Made by a program: the position numbers and the translations under genes
From: Candidatus Saccharimonadota bacterium
GTDB taxonomy: Bacteria; Patescibacteriota; Saccharimonadia; Saccharimonadales; Saccharimonadaceae
Direction: 5' to 3'
Length of the DNA: 64,000 nt
Assembly: GCA_030527585.1 (NCBI GenBank)
Contig: JAUNAL010000001.1
Location: forward strand, 64,193 to 128,192
Part shown: positions 44,842 through 53,888 of the stretch, one piece after another
Layout: the number at the start of each line of letters is the position of its first letter
Position numbering within the stretch: the first letter of the stretch is position 1
Notes under the pieces: model-generated
What the model was told of the DNA's origin: nothing
Database searches by the model: none
The model's input: only the letters and a program-made list of their open reading frames with translations

Positions 44842-45492
44842 ATGCTTAAAATTGTGGTTTTTGATAGCGGGTATGGAGGCGAACTTTTTGCTGATCTGCT
44901 TGAAGAAAAACTAGGAGTAGTCGAAGTCATCCGAGTTATCGATTGGCGGAACGCCAAGTTCTATCTCGACAACCCTCGCGAAGCCCGCAAACTCGCAGAA
45001 ATTGCCCTCCGCCCTTATCTAGGTCGCGTTGATTTAATTTTCTTTGCAAACCACATACTTTCCATGACTAGCTTAAAATATTTTTGTCGCCACTATAAAC
45101 AGCAACCCTTCCTTGGTTTTAAACTCCCCGCTCCAAAAGACCAAAAGCGCACGTTAATCCTCGCCACTAAAGCCGTTGCTAAAACTATTAGCTTTAAAAA
45201 TTATCTCTTCCGCCTCAAGGCCGACCGGATGATCCTCACTCCTGACGCATGGCCAGCATTAATCGATGACGGAGAATTGACTTTGAATGAAATTTCTTCC
45301 ACGCTAGAATCCATAAAAAGTTTTAATCCTGAACAAATCATGCTCATTTGCGGACAATTCAGTGATATTAAACCCGAGCTTCGCTCCGCTCTCTCCGCCA
45401 ACATCAAAATCCAAGATTCTTTCGACGACTCGTTTCGTGAAGTTTGCAAAACCCTCAAAATTCGTGGCGCAGCCGGAAAGAAGAAGTATTAA
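44842..45492 (+). CDS. Degenerate glutamate racemase-like protein
   Basis: KIVVFDSGYGG and ILAT; ACNT replaced by ANHI and GCTHY by ICGQF. Confidence 0.6.
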   Translation: MLKIVVFDSGYGGELFADLLEEKLGVVEVIRVIDWRNAKFYLDNPREARKLAEIALRPYLGRVDLIFFANHILSMTSLKYFCRHYKQQPFLGFKLPAPKDQKRTLILATKAVAKTISFKNYLFRLKADRMILTPDAWPALIDDGELTLNEISSTLESIKSFNPEQIMLICGQFSDIKPELRSALSANIKIQDSFDDSFREVCKTLKIRGAAGKKKY

Positions 45493-45497
45493 TCGTG

Positions 45498-45523
45498 AAA
45501 AATCCCGCCTCGAAAGGCGGGAT
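45498..45523. terminator. Terminator between convergent genes
   Basis: AAAAATCCCGCCT-cgaa-AGGCGGGAT. Confidence 0.75.
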
Positions 45524-45543
45524 AAAGGAGTTATCCATAGACT

Positions 45544-46266
45544 TCAAGTCCCATTCTCTGCTGGTTTAACGGACTTTTGCTCGAATTTCATGGTGCCATA
45601 TTCCGCTTGCATTTCCTCGTCCGTGAATTTATGCAACTCTCTCATCCAGTTCAAATTGCTTTTCAACATCACGCGTAAGACATGAAACCGGTCCGACCAT
45701 TCTGGCCAACTTCTTTTCGCACGTTTTAGCATTGGCAAGAGCAAATGATAGGTCTCTCGCCAATTCTTTAACGCGCGCTCACGATCGAACACGCCAATCG
45801 ATGATTCGAGATTATCCTCTCGATCTAAACCCTTACAAAACAATGCATACGGGCTCCCCAAAAGTTCTTCGAAGTAGCGACGTTTGACATCCGCTTTTGT
45901 TAAATCGTAATTCTTGGTCACAATCGTCATTAATGAAACCGCATTACGAACCTCTGGACTTTCGGAGACATTTTGAATCGGTACACCGCAATCTTCAGGG
46001 ACGTCATGCAACAAAAGTGTTGCAATTGCCTTATCATCACGAACCCCCATCCCAATAGCGAGGCAAGCCATGCTAATTGGATGAGAGATATAAAGCGTCC
46101 CATCATCTCTTCTGGTTTCTCCGTGTGATCGAATCGCAAGCTCGAGCGCAGCCTGGCTCAGTGGCAGAGGCGCCACACCGCCATTTAGAATGCCTCGGAG
46201 ATAATACTCTTGGATTTGAACATCCTGATCGGTAACTTGTTGCCTAAAAACTTCTTTGCCCATCAT
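45544..46266 (-). CDS. Stand-alone HD-domain (p)ppGpp hydrolase-like protein (SAH/Mesh1-like)
   Basis: AIRSHG..RRDDG..YISHP, LLHDVPED, K..DREDNL; SD GAAGGGGG before the ATG at 46266. Confidence 0.78.
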   Translation of the reverse strand: MMGKEVFRQQVTDQDVQIQEYYLRGILNGGVAPLPLSQAALELAIRSHGETRRDDGTLYISHPISMACLAIGMGVRDDKAIATLLLHDVPEDCGVPIQNVSESPEVRNAVSLMTIVTKNYDLTKADVKRRYFEELLGSPYALFCKGLDREDNLESSIGVFDRERALKNWRETYHLLLPMLKRAKRSWPEWSDRFHVLRVMLKSNLNWMRELHKFTDEEMQAEYGTMKFEQKSVKPAENGT

Positions 46267-46407
46267 AGAGCCCCCTTCCGAAAAAGATTCACTTGCAAAT
46301 TGATAACTTCCTAAAGCAATATTCTTGCTTTGGAGTATTATATCATAAAACTCTGAGAAAATCAAGACCTACGCATAATATCATCTTCATGTTATAATAT
46401 AAGCATT

Positions 46408-47190
46408 ATGGAGAAAGTGGCTAAGGTAATTTGTGTGACGAACCAAAAAGGCGGCGTAGGGAAGACTACGACGGCGGTCAACTTGAGCTACTATCTCGCA
46501 AAAGACAAATTTAAGACCCTGTTAATTGATTTCGACCCTCAGGGAAACGCAACTTCTGGACTCGGCATCGAAAAAAACGACCCTAAAAAGCTCGGAATGA
46601 CGATGACCGAAGTAATTCTCGGAACTGCCGACTTGAAATCTGCCATTCGCGAAACTAAATATAAAAATTTCCATCTCGCGCCTGCGACTCCCGAGCTTGC
46701 TAATGCCGAAGTTGAGATTACCGGAATGAACAAAAAATTTGTTCGCCTGCGTGACGCGATTAGAACGGTCCAGAACGCATACGACTATATTATTATCGAC
46801 CTCCCGCCATCCCTGTCCCTTCTTACTGTCAACGGGATGATCGCCTCGAACTATCTTTTGCTCCCAGTCCAGACCGAATTTTATGCCCTCGAAGGCGTTG
46901 CACAGCTTCTTGAGTCTATGAAACTCGTCATGAAACAAGCCAACCCAAATTTGAAACTTCTTGGCGTTCTTGCTACGATGTATGATCGAAGAACTAGCCT
47001 CTCTACTGGCGTCCTCGAAGAGATAAAAAAATATTTTAAGGCACTTACTTTTAATACGACAATCCCGCGCAACGTTCGTGTCGCTGAGGCCCCAAGCCAC
47101 GGCGTCCCAGTCGGAGCTTATGATAAATTTAGTAAAGGTGCTAAAGCTTATAAAGAGTTTACAAAAGAAGTAGAGGAGAGAACTAAATGA
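46408..47190 (+). CDS. parA: Chromosome partitioning ATPase ParA/Soj
   Basis: NQKGGVGKTTT, DPQGNAT, IPRNVRVAEAPSHG. Confidence 0.96.
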   Translation: MEKVAKVICVTNQKGGVGKTTTAVNLSYYLAKDKFKTLLIDFDPQGNATSGLGIEKNDPKKLGMTMTEVILGTADLKSAIRETKYKNFHLAPATPELANAEVEITGMNKKFVRLRDAIRTVQNAYDYIIIDLPPSLSLLTVNGMIASNYLLLPVQTEFYALEGVAQLLESMKLVMKQANPNLKLLGVLATMYDRRTSLSTGVLEEIKKYFKALTFNTTIPRNVRVAEAPSHGVPVGAYDKFSKGAKAYKEFTKEVEERTK

Positions 47191-48032
47191 GCATTAAAGG
47201 ACTAGGACGTGGCTTTGAGGCCTTAATCCCGACCGATTTGGTCGACGAAGAATTTGATTTAACTGCGACCGAAGACAAAAAGGAAAGTAAACTTAAAGAG
47301 CTAAAAATTGAAGACATCATTCGCGACGAAGAACAGCCTCGCCGTGAATTTAATGCCGAGGCAATCGAAGCGCTCTCCGCTTCTATTAAGGAACATGGCG
47401 TTCTCCAGCCAATCGTCGTGACGCGGGAAGATGGAAAATATAAAATTGTTGCTGGCGAACGACGCTGGCGTGCTTCGAAGCTTGCTGGGCTTGAAAAAAT
47501 CCCAGCCATCATTCGGACTTTGGATTCCCAAAATCGGCTCGAGCTTTCAATTATTGAAAACGCCCAGCGTGAAGACCTTAATGCGATCGAACTCGCGACC
47601 GCTTACGCAAAATTAAAGAATCAATTTAATTTAAGTTCTGAAGATATTGCCGCTAAAGTTGGAAAATCCGAAGCCTCAATCCAAAACACTCTCCGCCTTC
47701 TTAACCTCCCAGAAGATGTTAAAAAAATCATGGTGAAGGAGAAATTAACCGAAGGCGTCATGCGTCCGTTAGTTTCACGTGACGAAACTACTATCAAGAA
47801 AGTTCTTCCGAAGATTATTGAAGAGGGTTGGACGGCTCGTAAAGTCGAACGTTATTTTCAGGACAACAAGAAAAAATCCTCCGCCGCTGCTATTAAAAAA
47901 CAAGAATTCAATAAAGACGAAGACGCATTAACTGCTAAGTATAATATTCCAGTCAAGATTTCCGGTCGCGCCCTCGCTTTCAAATGCAAAAACGAATCTG
48001 ATCTTCGCGCACTCATCAAAAACTTGCTATAA
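47187..48032 (+). CDS. parB: Chromosome partitioning protein ParB
   Basis: KGLGRG, QPRR.F, GVLQPI, AGERRWRA, IENAQREDL. Confidence 0.96.
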   Translation: MSIKGLGRGFEALIPTDLVDEEFDLTATEDKKESKLKELKIEDIIRDEEQPRREFNAEAIEALSASIKEHGVLQPIVVTREDGKYKIVAGERRWRASKLAGLEKIPAIIRTLDSQNRLELSIIENAQREDLNAIELATAYAKLKNQFNLSSEDIAAKVGKSEASIQNTLRLLNLPEDVKKIMVKEKLTEGVMRPLVSRDETTIKKVLPKIIEEGWTARKVERYFQDNKKKSSAAAIKKQEFNKDEDALTAKYNIPVKISGRALAFKCKNESDLRALIKNLL

Positions 48033-48039
48033 TTAATCT

Positions 48040-49524
48040 ATGAAAGAGAAAAATTCTCCACGCGTTGAGAAGGCAATCGAAATTGCAAAGCAAGCGCACG
48101 AGGGGCAATTCCGCAAAACCGGCGAGCCATATATCGTCCATCCTCTTGCTGTCAAAAAAATCCTTGAAGAGTGGCACATGGACGAGGACACGATTATCGC
48201 TGGAATTCTTCACGACACAGTAGAAGATACCGATTTAACTCTCGAAGATATCCGCAAGGAATTTGGCGATTCAGTCAGTTTTCTCGTTAATGGTGTTACT
48301 AAGATCTCGACCGCCCGAACTGGTATGCGCGACATTGATTCTTATCTCCCAGAAACTAAAGACAACTTCCTGCGTCTTCTTATTGCTCTTGGCGACGATA
48401 TTCGCGTCCTAATTATTAAACTCGCTGACCGTCTTCATAATCTCCGTACTCTCTCCGCCCTTCCTCCAGACAAACAACGTAAAATCGCCAAGGAATCGCT
48501 CGAGGTTTTTGCCCCCCTCGCCGATCGTCTTAACATGGGACGACTTCGTGTCGAAATGGCAGATATTGCTTTTAAATATGTCGATCCAAAACGCTACGAT
48601 TATCTGAAGGAGTTGATCGAGAAACACAACGAATCCGCCGAAAAAAGTCTGAAGAAAATCGAAAAAGAAGTCTCGGATGCTCTTAGGAAAGAGAAAATTG
48701 ATTTCGAGCTAGCTGGTCGCGTGAAGTCGGTTTACTCACTTCACAGAAAACTTGCCAAACACAACCAAAACATGGGCGAAATTTATGACCTTACCGCTCT
48801 CCGCGTTATTGTAGATGATATTACGGATTGTTATCTTACGCTCGGCATTATTCATTCACTTTACACCCCAATGGGCGGTCGCATCAAGGATTATATTGCC
48901 GTTCCGAAACAAAACGGTTACCAATCTCTCCATACAACCGTCATCACGAAAGATAAAAAAATTGTCGAATTCCAAATCCGGACCAAAGAAATGCATGAAT
49001 TCGCCGAACATGGTCTTGCAGCAAGCTTTTACTATAATGAACAAAAGGTTACAGAGAATTACAAAAAAGGGAAGATTGAACATCTCCCGACCAATCTTCT
49101 CTGGATTACCGAACTCCAGATGACCGCCGCGAAGCTTCGCGAAGGCAAAAAAGTTGATTTAAGAAAATTAAAAATTAATCTTTTTGCCGATAAAATTTTC
49201 GTCTATACTCCAAAAGGCGATATTATCGACCTTCCGAAAGGTGCTCTGCCGCTCGACTTTGCTTATCGACTCCATTCGGAAATTGGCGACCACGTTATCG
49301 GCGTTAAAATCAATGGTAAAATGAGTAATTTGAACAGGAAACTAGAACAAGGTGATATCGTCGAGATTTTGACTTCCAAGAACCAAGTCCCAAATTCTTC
49401 TTGGCTCAGTAAAATCCTAACTTCTCACGCTCGCCAAAAACTCACGCGGGCTCTTAATGCCGCAAATCGCGAGCCTGCCGAAAAACCAAAAAAATCTTCT
49501 CGCAAAAAACAAAAAAGGTCTTGA
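48040..49524 (+). CDS. rel: RelA/SpoT bifunctional (p)ppGpp synthetase/hydrolase (HD-SYNTH-TGS, no ACT domain)
   Basis: GEPYIVHP, LHDTVED, KLADRLHN, YQSLHTT, EFQIRT, FVYTPKG..DFAY. Confidence 0.93.
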   Translation: MKEKNSPRVEKAIEIAKQAHEGQFRKTGEPYIVHPLAVKKILEEWHMDEDTIIAGILHDTVEDTDLTLEDIRKEFGDSVSFLVNGVTKISTARTGMRDIDSYLPETKDNFLRLLIALGDDIRVLIIKLADRLHNLRTLSALPPDKQRKIAKESLEVFAPLADRLNMGRLRVEMADIAFKYVDPKRYDYLKELIEKHNESAEKSLKKIEKEVSDALRKEKIDFELAGRVKSVYSLHRKLAKHNQNMGEIYDLTALRVIVDDITDCYLTLGIIHSLYTPMGGRIKDYIAVPKQNGYQSLHTTVITKDKKIVEFQIRTKEMHEFAEHGLAASFYYNEQKVTENYKKGKIEHLPTNLLWITELQMTAAKLREGKKVDLRKLKINLFADKIFVYTPKGDIIDLPKGALPLDFAYRLHSEIGDHVIGVKINGKMSNLNRKLEQGDIVEILTSKNQVPNSSWLSKILTSHARQKLTRALNAANREPAEKPKKSSRKKQKRS

Positions 49525-49592
49525 CTTTCCGCGGGGGGGGGTATCATAAAAGCATAAAGGTCATATACAAAAATAAACACGAAAGGAAAAAG

Positions 49593-51446
49593 ATGAAAAT
49601 TCATCATGGCAGAACCAGTGCCAAACGCAATTTGCGCATTTTCGCCGCCGGTTCTGTTTTGCTCGGCGCCGCCGGTTTCGGCCTCGCCCAGCTCGCCAAA
49701 ACTCAATCGCCGGTCGATGCGGTAACTGACGACTATATATCAATTAATATTGTCAACTTTCCGGAGTCTCTTCAGCCTAATTTCTTCCCGGACCTCTCGG
49801 CTCCAGAAATTCCGAAAAGTGATGGCCCCCAACTTTTTTCTACACATAGCAGCACATCGGACCTACAACAGGCAGTCGTGGATTATATGAGGGATGTCAT
49901 AGGATCCTATGACGGCAGTAAGCCAGGTTATAACATTGCTTGTGCCGATGCTAAAACCCAGGAGGAGATCAATAGTTGTTTACTTAACGGGTCTTTCTAT
50001 ATCCCCATTAATGATCCTTTCGGTCTTGATTTAGATAACATTGATAATGTAAGTAGTATTTATGAAAATCTCTTTTACAATACCCTATATGAAAATCCTG
50101 AACTCTTTTACGCCATGACTGGTGTATATACTGGCGTAGCTGAGGCTCAGAGTGGAGAAAAAGTAGTTTTGGTATTCCCATGGATCCTTGAAGAGTTTGA
50201 CGCTGCCTCTGAACTAAACACGGGAAAAACCAAATTTAATAATGCTATTGCCGATTGGGAGAAAGAAATTTTCGGTGACGACGTAGACGAAATGTCGGAT
50301 TTGGAGAAAGCTTTATCCGCCTATAGCGTGATGATGCGCCGCAATAATTATACAGGAGTATCACTTTTACAGCAAAATAAGTTGATGAGTGAGGATGTTC
50401 CTTACAGCATGAAGGCCCACACAGCTTATGGTGCGCTCGTCGACCACGATTCGGTCTGTCAAGGCATCGCTGCTGCATTGAATCTTTTGCTAAATCGTGC
50501 AGACGTTTCCACCGTTACGACCGTATCAGATAACCATGCCTGGAACCACGTTGAAATCAATGGGAAATATTATTTAATGGATGCCACTTGGGATGATCCT
50601 TTCCCAGCAACGTTCTATAAATCTGTATATTTGAACTTCTTGCAAAGCGACAGTGCATCTGGCCACGATGCTGCCTCTGGGCAGGAAGGCACTAACCGCT
50701 TTGGTATAACAGCGCCAGACGCTTATACGGGCGAAAATTTCTGGATTAATTCCGGAACGCCAATTATTTGGGACAATGACGCAGATGCTTTAACTATGGT
50801 TGACAATATAGCTCAAATTTCTAAGGCAAGCAATGGCGCCATAAAAATCGAGCCAGCTAGTGCGACCACGTTTTCGACCGTTAACGTCGCTGAAGACGGC
50901 GAAGTTACGAAAAACGCTTATGCCGAAATCCAAGCTCCAGTATTCGATGCTGTTGAGCATGACGATGTTATTTACTATACTACCACGAATGGGAACATCG
51001 CTTCATACGATTTGACCACCCAGTCCGCGGGCGATTACAATAAAGCGGGCACATGGACCGATGACATTAGAAGTCTATATCTACTCCAAATCAACGACGG
51101 CGCATTGCAAAAACTCTCCTTTAACTGGAACACCGGCGCCTACGAACCTACCAATTTGATTCAGCTCGGCGAATCCGATACAAATTCCCCGAATGACACT
51201 CCAGGCGAAGGCGACCCGGGCAACGAAGACCTCGAAGAAGATGAAGACGGCGAATTCATCCCGGTCCCGAATACCGGCACAACCGATACTCCAGCCGCTC
51301 CGAAAACTGGTCAAGCCGGTAGCTTCGACATCCAGGCAGTTGCCGCGTCGTCCATCTCGACCATCGCAATCCTCTTTGTTATCGCAAAGATCGGCTACCG
51401 CTCATTCTCCCGCCACCTCACTCGCCGCCGCTTCATGCGCGACTAA
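49593..51446 (+). CDS. Surface protein with a transglutaminase-like Cys-His-Asp domain
   Basis: VCQGIAAA, HAWN.V, DATWDD; N-terminal signal; VPNTG and APKTG + TM + Arg-rich tail. Confidence 0.82.
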   Translation: MKIHHGRTSAKRNLRIFAAGSVLLGAAGFGLAQLAKTQSPVDAVTDDYISINIVNFPESLQPNFFPDLSAPEIPKSDGPQLFSTHSSTSDLQQAVVDYMRDVIGSYDGSKPGYNIACADAKTQEEINSCLLNGSFYIPINDPFGLDLDNIDNVSSIYENLFYNTLYENPELFYAMTGVYTGVAEAQSGEKVVLVFPWILEEFDAASELNTGKTKFNNAIADWEKEIFGDDVDEMSDLEKALSAYSVMMRRNNYTGVSLLQQNKLMSEDVPYSMKAHTAYGALVDHDSVCQGIAAALNLLLNRADVSTVTTVSDNHAWNHVEINGKYYLMDATWDDPFPATFYKSVYLNFLQSDSASGHDAASGQEGTNRFGITAPDAYTGENFWINSGTPIIWDNDADALTMVDNIAQISKASNGAIKIEPASATTFSTVNVAEDGEVTKNAYAEIQAPVFDAVEHDDVIYYTTTNGNIASYDLTTQSAGDYNKAGTWTDDIRSLYLLQINDGALQKLSFNWNTGAYEPTNLIQLGESDTNSPNDTPGEGDPGNEDLEEDEDGEFIPVPNTGTTDTPAAPKTGQAGSFDIQAVAASSISTIAILFVIAKIGYRSFSRHLTRRRFMRD

Positions 51447-51470
51447 CTGCGACTAAGGCTAAACCTAATC

Positions 51471-51498
51471 AAAAAACCACCCGAAACGGTGGTTTTTT
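51471..51498 (+). terminator. Rho-independent terminator
   Basis: AAAAAACCACC-cgaaac-GGTGGTTTTTT. Confidence 0.85.
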
Positions 51499-51526
51499 GT
51501 CGGGCAATGTGTTATAATCATCCCAT

Positions 51527-51602
51527 GCCGATGTAGCTCAGTTGGTAGAGCAGCTCATTCGTAACGAGCAGGTCACAGGTTCGATCCCTGCCATCGGCTC
51601 CA
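51527..51602 (+). tRNA. tRNA-Thr(CGT)
   Basis: GCCGATG...TT-CGT-AA...GTTCGATCC...CATCGGC-T-CCA. Confidence 0.95.
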
Positions 51603-51617
51603 TTTTTTTGCAAAAAA

Positions 51618-52838
51618 TTAATCCTCTACCACCACCTCGGCTTCAAGCAATTGCGCGTGACCTCTCCTATGTCGCCATTGTAACCGCGCTGAACTTAGCA
51701 TATAAAGTGCCAAAAATCCCACGAAAAACGGCAAAATATTCGTCACATCCACAAATGCCATCGCAATAAATAATCCCTGGCTAATAACGCGCCCCATTGT
51801 CAGCATTAATTCGCGCAAAGTAAAATACTCTACTTTGTATTTCGCCTGAATGGCCTTAGAATTGGCAATATTTAGCGTCGCATTCGTGTTTATCATATTT
51901 GTTAATTGTTGTGAAATTGTTTGGAAGAAGTTAAAGATAATAATTGTCATAGCATTGCAGTCCAAAATCATCACGACGAGGCTTACGATCGTCAATGTCA
52001 TCGACCCCACAATAGAGTAAGCATAATTTTTCTTTTTCAAATATTTTGCAAATACCACCCCGACCCCCGCTGCCAATAGATTAAACACTGAGTTAAAAAC
52101 TCCCATACTGAAACTATCACTAAAAACTTTAATAATATACAGTGTTGTTACGCTCGTAATTGCTCCACCCGAGTAAGTCAGTCCAAGCAGAAAACTAATT
52201 TTATAAATCTGACGAATATTTTTATTTTTTAGCACTACTTTTGAAAATTTCCCGAACTGCACTTTATGTGTTCTCGGCACTGCTTTGTCACGGAAAAGCA
52301 ATGCTAAAACAACCATTACTACAACAATCCCCAGAATAACTAAGAAACTCTCCAAAAAACCGGCCAGCGCAATCAAACTCCCAAAAAACATCGAGAAAGA
52401 GACCGCCAAAATTGCCTTGAGTGCCACCGTATTTCCTTGGAACCGCGCCCGCTCCGCGTTCGAAACGCCATCCGACTCATAAACGTTAATCACCGAATAG
52501 TAAACTCCCTCTTTAATCCCATACAATACGCCAATAACATAAATATAGTCCACAATCTGTTCGCGTAGCAATATAATTACTAAAAAGAATAACAAATTTA
52601 GACAAATCCCAATTTTGAGCAACATTCCACGCTTCTTAGTTTTGCAAACATTCCTTAGCAGGTAAAACGGTATGAATAACATCACCATTGAGATAATCTT
52701 ATAAATCCCGAGCGGCAAGATATTCCCATCTGATAGCGTCAAAAGATATAGAACCAAGAAACTATCGATAAAAAGGTCTATAACACCTTTTAACAAGTTT
52801 AGGTAAAAGAGAACCTGGTAATTTCTTATTTTTAGCAT
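51618..52838 (-). CDS. MFS-type transporter
   Basis: 406 aa with about 12 hydrophobic segments; AT-rich. Confidence 0.78.
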   Translation of the reverse strand: MLKIRNYQVLFYLNLLKGVIDLFIDSFLVLYLLTLSDGNILPLGIYKIISMVMLFIPFYLLRNVCKTKKRGMLLKIGICLNLLFFLVIILLREQIVDYIYVIGVLYGIKEGVYYSVINVYESDGVSNAERARFQGNTVALKAILAVSFSMFFGSLIALAGFLESFLVILGIVVVMVVLALLFRDKAVPRTHKVQFGKFSKVVLKNKNIRQIYKISFLLGLTYSGGAITSVTTLYIIKVFSDSFSMGVFNSVFNLLAAGVGVVFAKYLKKKNYAYSIVGSMTLTIVSLVVMILDCNAMTIIIFNFFQTISQQLTNMINTNATLNIANSKAIQAKYKVEYFTLRELMLTMGRVISQGLFIAMAFVDVTNILPFFVGFLALYMLSSARLQWRHRRGHAQLLEAEVVVED

Positions 52839-52929
52839 AATCTACTGAACTATTTTACCATAAACGGAATTTTTTCACTCTTCTTGGCGTTAAAAACTAG
52901 ATATGCTATAATTTAAAAAAGGAGCTAAA

Positions 52930-53523
52930 ATGCCAAAAATGGAAATTATGAAACGTCCAGTTGAAAAAATGGGCGGCGATATCAAAAAAACCGCTTGGGG
53001 TGCGATTATTGAATCTTTGATTACTCTTGCGCTTGGAATTTTTTTAATCGCTTGGCCAGAACTTGTGATTAAAATTCTCGCCTACATTATTGGTGTATTC
53101 TTCATCGTTAAAGGTGGTTACCAAATCATTAACTATTTCGTCATCAAAGGCCAAAACGACTTCTTTAATAACGACCTTTTGATGGGCGTCATCTCTCTCC
53201 TAGTTGGCGTGGCTGCTCTCGTCATGGGGGAAGAACTGGCTGCAGTTTTTCGTATCGTAGTTGGAATTTGGATTATCTACGAAGCGCTCGTTCGCATTGA
53301 TACCGCTATTAAACTCGCTACCGCGAGAATTAATACTTGGAGCTATACGCTGATCCTGGCTATTATTATGTTGCTTCTTGGCATTTTTGTCACCTTTAAC
53401 ACCGGCGCCGGAACCGTTCTTGTTGGTTGGATGATGATTTTAGCTGGAATCGCAGGGATTGTTGGCGGCACGATGTTTATCCAGCACGTAAACCAAATTA
53501 TTGATAAAATTACCAAAGATTAA
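52930..53523 (+). CDS. DUF308/HdeD-family membrane protein
   Basis: Six Gly-containing TM helices with a G...I.LGI.LIAWP pattern. Confidence 0.75.
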   Translation: MPKMEIMKRPVEKMGGDIKKTAWGAIIESLITLALGIFLIAWPELVIKILAYIIGVFFIVKGGYQIINYFVIKGQNDFFNNDLLMGVISLLVGVAALVMGEELAAVFRIVVGIWIIYEALVRIDTAIKLATARINTWSYTLILAIIMLLLGIFVTFNTGAGTVLVGWMMILAGIAGIVGGTMFIQHVNQIIDKITKD

Positions 53524-53524
53524 A

Positions 53525-53887
53525 ATGAAACATTTTGCTGAAGATTTTAAAAAGATTTACCAACATGAACGTTTCATGTTAATTTTAATGATTTTAAATC
53601 TTCTGGCCTCGATTATTTTAATTATTGTTAGTGTTATTAACTTGAACCCAGAAAGCGCCATTGTAAAAGTTGGCTATGGTGATATCGGCGGCTATCGCGA
53701 CGGGTCATGGACCGACTTTTTAACTTTCCCGCTTCTCGGTTTGATCTTCGGCATTTTTCACAATCTTATTGCCATCACCATCTTCCATAAACGTGGCGCC
53801 GGCATGACAAAATTCTTCTTGTTGGCTACTTCAGCCTTAATCGCCGGCTCATTCGTCGTATTAATTCGCCTCTTAGGAGAAGGCTAA
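53525..53887 (+). CDS. Hypothetical three-TM membrane protein
   Basis: Hydrophobic ORF co-oriented in the operon; YGD.GGY..G.W loop. Confidence 0.7.
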   Translation: MKHFAEDFKKIYQHERFMLILMILNLLASIILIIVSVINLNPESAIVKVGYGDIGGYRDGSWTDFLTFPLLGLIFGIFHNLIAITIFHKRGAGMTKFFLLATSALIAGSFVVLIRLLGEG

Positions 53888-53888
53888 T

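Noticed and set aside
47771-47786. parS-like AGTTTCACGTGACGAA inside parB
   Set aside because: Four mismatches, one arm not palindromic, and it lies in coding sequence
12531-49592. Longer upstream starts in the ORF track (12531, 25222, 27894, 29625, 29899, 31305, 41390, 44716, 46365, 49521)
   Set aside because: The extensions run through promoters or terminators (e.g. CYN translated from TGNTATAAT); downstream ATGs fit the family N-termini
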